The notes under the pieces: model-generated
Database searches by the model: none
What the model was told of the DNA's origin: nothing
The model's input: only the letters and a program-made list of their open reading frames with translations
Translations under genes and position numbers: made by a program
Shown here: positions 58,610-64,000 of the stretch, piece after piece
How the letters are laid out: each line of letters begins with the position of its first letter
How positions within the stretch are numbered: the stretch's first letter is position 1
NCBI RefSeq assembly: GCF_902713615.1
Contig: NC_052157.1
Span: forward strand, 3,658,001-3,722,000
Source: Scyliorhinus canicula
Taxonomy: Eukaryota
Length of the DNA stretch: 64,000 bases
Direction of reading: 5' to 3'

Positions 58610-61600
58610 GGTGGGGGGGGGAGGAGGGGGGGGGAGGGAGGAGGAGGGGGGGGGGGGGGGGGAGGAGGGGGGGGGGGGGGGGGGAGGAGGAGGAGGAGAG
58701 AAGAGGATGAGAGGGAGGGAGGGAAGAGAAGAGGATGAGAGGGAGGGAGGGAAGAGAAGAGGATGAGAGGGAGGGAGGGAAGAGAAGAGGATGAGAGGGA
58801 GGGAGGGAAGAGAAGAGGATGAGAGGGAGGGAGGGAAGAGAAGAGGATGAGAGGGAGGGAGGAGGGAAGAGAAGAGGATGAGAGGGAGGGAGGGAAGAGA
58901 AGAGGATGAGAGGGAGGGAGGGAAGAGGATGAGCGGGAGGGAGGGAAGAGAAGAGGATGGGAGGGGAGGGAGGGAAGAGAAGAGGATGGGAGGGAGGGAA
59001 GAGAAGTGAGAGAGGGAGGGAGGGAAGAGAAGAGGATGGGAGGGAGGGAAGAGAAGAGGATGAGAGGGAGGGAAAGAGAAGAGGATGGGAGGGAGGGAAG
59101 AGAAGAGATGGGAGGGAGGGAAAGAGAAGAGGACTGAGAGGGAGGGAGGGAAGAGGATGAGAGGGAGGGAGGGAAGAGAAGAGGATGGGAGGGAGGGAAG
59201 AGAAGAGGATGAGAGGGAGGGAAGAGAAGAGGATGAGAGGGAGGGAAGAGAAGAGGATGAGAGGGAGGAAGAGAAGAGGATGAGAGGGAGGGAAGAGAAG
59301 AGGATGAGAGGGAGGGAAGAGAAGAGGATGAGAGGGAGGGAAGAGAAGAGGATGAGAGGGAGGGAAGAGAAGAGGGATGAGAGGGAGGGAGGGAAGAGAA
59401 GAGGATGAGAGGGAAGGAGGGAAGTGAAGAGGATGAGAGGGAGGGAAGAGAAGAGGATGAGAGGGAGGGAAGAGAAGAGGACGAGAGGGAGGGAGGGGAG
59501 AGAAGAGGACGAGAGGGAGGGAGGGAAGAGAAGAGGATGAGAGGGAGGGAGGGAGGGAAGAGAAGAGGATGAGAGGGAGGGAAGAGAAGAGGATGAGAGG
59601 GAGGGAGGGAAGAGAAGAGGATGTGAAGGAGGGAAGAGATAGGATGAGAGGGAGGGAGGAAGAGAAGAGGATGAGAGGGAGGGAAGAGAAGAGGATGAGA
59701 GGGAGGGAAGAGAAGAGGATGGGAGGGAAGAGAAGAGGATGAGAGGGAAGGAGGGAAGAGAAGAGATGAGAGGGAGGGAGGGAAGAGAAGAGGATGAGAG
59801 GGTGGGAGGGACGAGGATGAGAGGGAGGGAGGGACGAGGATGAGAGGGAGGGAGGGACGAGGATGAGAGGGAGGGAGGGAGGGACGAGGATGAGAGGGAG
59901 GGAGGGACGAGGATGAGAGGGAGGGAGGGACGAGGATGAGAGGGACGAGGATGAGAGGGAGGGACGAGGATGAGAGGGAGGGAGGGACGAGGATGAGAGG
60001 GAGGAGGGACGAGGATGAGAGGGAGGGAGGGACGAGGATGAGAGGGAGGGAGGGACGAGGATGAGAGGGAGGGAGGGACGAGGATGAGAGGGAGGGAGGG
60101 ACGAGGATGAGAGGGAGGGAGGGACGAGGATGAGAGGGTGGGAGGGACGAGGATGAGAGGGTGGGAGGGACGAGGGTGGGAGGATGGGAGGGACGAGGAT
60201 GGGAGGGACGAGGATGGGAGGGACGAGGGATGAGAGGGAGGGAGGGACGAGGATGAGAGGGACGAGGATGGGAGGGAGGAGGATGGGAGGGAAGGGAGGG
60301 ACGAGGATGGGAGGGAGGGAGGGAGGGAGGAAGGATGGGAGGGACGAGGATGCGAGGGAGGGAGGGACGAGGATGGGAGGGAGGGAGGGACGAGGATGAG
60401 AGGGAGGGAGGGAGGGAGGGACGAAGATGAGAGGGAGGGAGGGAGGGACGAAGATGAGAGGGGGCAGGGAGGGACGAGTATGAGAAGGGGGGGACGGAGG
60501 GACGAGTATGAGGGGGACGGAGGGAGGAGTGTGAGGGGGGAGGAGGGGGGAGTGTGAGGGGGAGGAGGGGGGAGTGTGAGGGAGAGGAGGGGGGGAGTGT
60601 GAGGGAGAGGAGGGGGGGGAGGTGAGGGAGAGGAGGGGGGAGTGTGAGGGAGAGGAGGGGGGAGTGTGAGGGAGAGGAGGGGGAGGTGTGAGGGAGAGGA
60701 GGGGGGGGGGGGAGGGAGAGGAGGGGGGGGGGGGTGAGGGAGAGGAGGGGGGAGCGTGGAGGGAGAGGAGGGGGGAGCGTGGAGGGAGAGGAGGGGGGAG
60801 CGTGGAGGGAGAGGACAGGGGAGCGTGGAGGGAGAGGAGGAGGGAGCGTGGAGGGAGAGGAGGGGGGGAGCGTGGAGGGAGAGGAGGGGGAGCGTGGAGG
60901 GAGAGGAGGGTGGAGGGAGAGGAGGGGGGAGTGTGGAGGGAGAGGAGGGGGAGTGTGGAGGGAGAGGAGGGGGGGAGTGTGGAGAGGAGAGGAGGGTGGG
61001 TAGTGTGGAGGGAGAGGAGGGGGGGAGGTGTGGAGGGAGAGGAGGGGGGAGTGTGGTGGGAGGGGGAGGAGTGTGGAGGGAGAGGAGGGGGGCGTTGTGG
61101 AGGGAGAGGAGGGGGGAGTGTGGAGGGAGAGGAGGGGGGAGTGTGGAGGGAGAGGAAGGGGGACGTGTTGGAGGGAGAGGAGGGGGGAGTGTGGAGGGAG
61201 AGGAGGGGGGAGTGTGGAGGGAGAGGAGGGGGGAGTGTGGAGGGAGATGGAGGGGGAGGAGGGGGGATGTGTGGAGGGAGAGGGGAGAGTGTGGAGGGAG
61301 AGGACGGGGGAGAGTGTGGAGGGAGGAGGGGGGGAGTGTGTAGGAGGAGAGGGGGGAGTGTTGGATGGGAGAGGAGGGGGGAGTGTGGAGGGAGAGGAGG
61401 GGGGAGTGTGGAGGGAGAGGAGGGGGGAGTGTGGAGGGAGAGGAGGGGGGAGTGTGGTGGGAGAGGAGGGGGGGAGTGTGGAGGGAGAGGAGGGGGGGAG
61501 TGTGGAGGGAGAGGAGGGGGGAAGTGTGGAGGGAGAGGAGGGGGGGAGTGTGGAGGGAGAGGAGGGGGAGGAGGGGGGAGAGTGTGGAGGGAGAGGAGGG

Positions 61601-64000
61601 GGGAGTGTGGAGGGAGAGGAGGGGGAAGTGTGGAGGGAGAGGAGGGGGGAGTGTGGAGGGAGAGGAGGGGGGGAGTGTGGAGGGAGAGGAGGGGGGAGTG
61701 GTGGAGGGAGAGGGAGGGGGGAAGTGTGGAGGGAGAGGAGGGGGGAGTGTGGAGGGAGAGGAGGGGGAGTGTGGAGGGAGAGGAGGGGGGGAGTGTGGAG
61801 GGAGAGGAGGGGGGAGTGTGGAGGGAGGGGGGAGGGTGGAGGGAGAGGAGGGGGGGGGGGGGGGAGAGGAGAGGAGGGGGGAGGTGGGGAGGGAGAGGAG
61901 TGGGGAGGGAGAGGAGTGGGGAGGCGGGGAGGGAGAGGAGGGGGGAGGTGGGGAGGGAGGGAGTGGGGAGGGAGAGGAGTGGGGAGGGAGAGGAGGGGGG
62001 GGGAGGGAGGAGGAGTGGGGGGGAGAGGGGAGGAGTGGGGAGGGTGAGGGAGAGGAGTGGGGAGGGTGAGGGCGAGGAGTGGGGAGGGTGAGGGCGAGGA
62101 GTGGGGAGGGTGAGGGCGAGGAGTGGGGAGGGTGGGGTGGGGAGGGGGAGGGCGAGGGAGTGGAGGGGGAGTGTGAGGGAGAGGAGTGGGGAGTGTGAGG
62201 GAGAGTGAGGAGGGGGTAGTGTGAGGGAGAGTGAGGAGGGGGTAGTGTGAGGGAGAGTGAGGAGGGGGTAGTGTGAGGGAGAGTGAGGAGGGGGTAGTGT
62301 GAGGGAGAGTGAGGAGGGGGTAGTGTGAGGGAGAGTGAGGAGGGGGGAGGGTGAGGGAGAGTGAGGAGGGGGTAGTGTGAGGGAGAGTGAGGGGGGGTAG
62401 TGTGAGGGAGAGTGAGGAGGGGGTAGTGTGAGGAGAGTGAGGAGGGGGTAGTGTGAGGGAGAGTGAGGAGGGGGGAGTGTGAGGGAGAGTGAGGAGGGGG
62501 TAGTGTGAGGGAGAGTGAGGAGGGGGGAGTGTGAGGGAGAGTGAGGAGGGGGTAGTGTGAGGGAGAGTGAGGGGGGGTGGGAGTGTGAGGGAGAGTGAGG
62601 AGGGGGGGTAGTGGGGGAGAGTGAGGAGGGGGTAGTGTGAGGGAGAGTGAGGAGGGGGTAGTGTGAGGGAGGTGAGGAGGGGGTAGTGTGAGGGAGAGTG
62701 AGGAGGGGGTAGTGTGAGGGAGAGTGAGGGGGGTAGTGTGAGGGAGAGTGAGGAGGGGGTAGTGTGAGGGAGAGTGAGGAGGGGGTAGGTAGTGTGAGGG
62801 AGAGTGAGGGGGGGTAGTGTGAGGGAGAGTGAGGAGGGGGGTAGTGTGAGGAGAGTGAGGAGGGGGTGGTAGTGTGAGGGAGAGTGAGGAGGGGGGTAGG
62901 TGAGGGGAGTGAGGAGGGGGGGTTAGTGTGAGGGATGAGTGAGGGTGGGGTAGTGTGCGGGAGAGTGAGGAGGGGGGTAGTGTGAGGGAGAGAGTGAGGA
63001 GGGGGGTAGTGTGAGGGAGAGTGAGGAGGGGGTTAGTGTGAGGGAGAGTGAGGAGGGGGTAGTGTGAGGGAGAGTGAGGAGGGGGTAGTGGAGGGAGAGT
63101 GAGGAGGGGGTAGTGTGAGGGCGAGTGAGGAGGGGGTAGTGTGAGGGAGAGTGAGGAGGGGGTAGTGTGAGGGAGAGTGAGGAGGGGGTAGTGTGAGGGA
63201 GAGTGAGGAGGGGGTAGTGTGAGGGAGAGTGAGGAGGGGGGTAGTGTTAGGGGTAGGTGTGGAGGGGGGTAAGTGTGAGGGAGAGTGAGGAGGGGTTGGT
63301 GTGAGGGAGAGTGAGGAGGGGGTAGTGTGAGGGAGAGTGAGGAGGGGGGAGTGTGAGGGAGGGTGAGGAGGGGGTAGGTGGTAGGTGAGGGAGGTGAGGA
63401 GGGGGGTAGTGTGAGGGAGAGTGAGGAGGGGGTAGTGTGAGGGAGAGTGAGGAGGGGGTAGTGTGAGGGAGAGTGAGGAGGGGGTAGTGTGAGGGAGAGT
63501 GAGGGGGGTAGTGTGAGGGAGAGTGAGGAGGGGGGGGTAGTGTGAGGGAGAGTGAGGAGGGGGTAGTGTGAGGGAGAGTGAGGAGGGGGTAGTGGAGGGA
63601 GAGTGAGGAGGGGGTAGTGTGAGGGAGAGTGAGGAGGGGGGGTAGTGTGGGGGGAGTGGGGGGGGTAGTGTGAGGGGGAGTGAGGAGGGGGGTAGTGTGA
63701 GGGAGAGTGAGGAGGGGGCAGTGTGAGGGAGAGTGAGGGGGGGCAGTGGAGGAGGTGGGGGAGAGCGGGGGGGGGGGAGAGAAGAGGACGAGAGGGAGGG
63801 AGGGAAGAGAAGAGGATGAGAGGGAGGGAAGAGAAGAGGATGAGAGGGAGGGAGGGAAGAGAAGAGGATGTGAAGGAGGGAAGAGAAGAGGATGAGAGGG
63901 AGGGAGGGAAGAGAAGAGGATGAGAGGGAGGGAGGGAAGAGAAGAGGATGAGAGGGAGGGAGGATGAGAGGGAAGGAGGGAAGAGAAGAGGATGAGAGGG
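58610..64000. repeat. Compound purine-rich minisatellite tract
   Basis: Blocks of GAGGGAGGGAAGAGAAGAGGATGA, GGAGGGACGAGGATGAGA, GGAGTGTGGAGGGAGAGGAGGG and GGTAGTGTGAGGGAGAGTGAGGAGGG; the first unit returns at ~63780. Confidence 0.95.

Larger units (their letters stand above)
57700..58610. promoter_or_regulatory. CpG island, probable bidirectional promoter (SNAPC5 on minus, unidentified gene on plus)
   Basis: YY1-type CCGCCATTTT ~57945-57954; NRF1-type GCGCATGCGC 58014-58023; many GGCCCCGCCCC GC boxes; minus-strand donor GAG|gtgaga at 57963. Confidence 0.75.

Overview
Vertebrate genomic DNA. The V-SINE/CR1 repeat content points to a cartilaginous fish, probably catshark-like (inference). Three spliced genes can be rebuilt exon by exon, and the ORF track mostly misses them. 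(1) The 5' part of LCTL (lactase-like/Klotho-gamma, GH1 family) on the minus strand: five coding exons at 35327->16463, with the gene continuing past the window start through an intron holding a 13.8-kb 36-bp minisatellite. (2) A beta/gamma-crystallin on the plus strand matching teleost crybgx: exons 42309-47463, one Greek-key motif per exon, one GC-AG intron, head-to-head with LCTL. (3) The complete SNAPC5 CDS on the minus strand (54879->49643). A CpG-island promoter at ~57.7-58.6 kb appears to be shared with an unidentified plus-strand gene, followed by >5 kb of purine-rich repeats. The rest is CR1, Rex1 and L1-like LINE fragments, a decayed Gypsy element, two tRNA-derived SINE families and Penelope-like fragments carrying minimal hammerhead ribozyme motifs. 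I see no prokaryote-style novel system. The most interesting signals are the divergent LCTL/crybgx lens-gene pair with a Pax+Sox motif cluster, a hammerhead-containing fold-back palindrome, the variant-coded minisatellite, and SINE tail swapping. Gene identities rest on recalled orthologue sequences; no database search was run.
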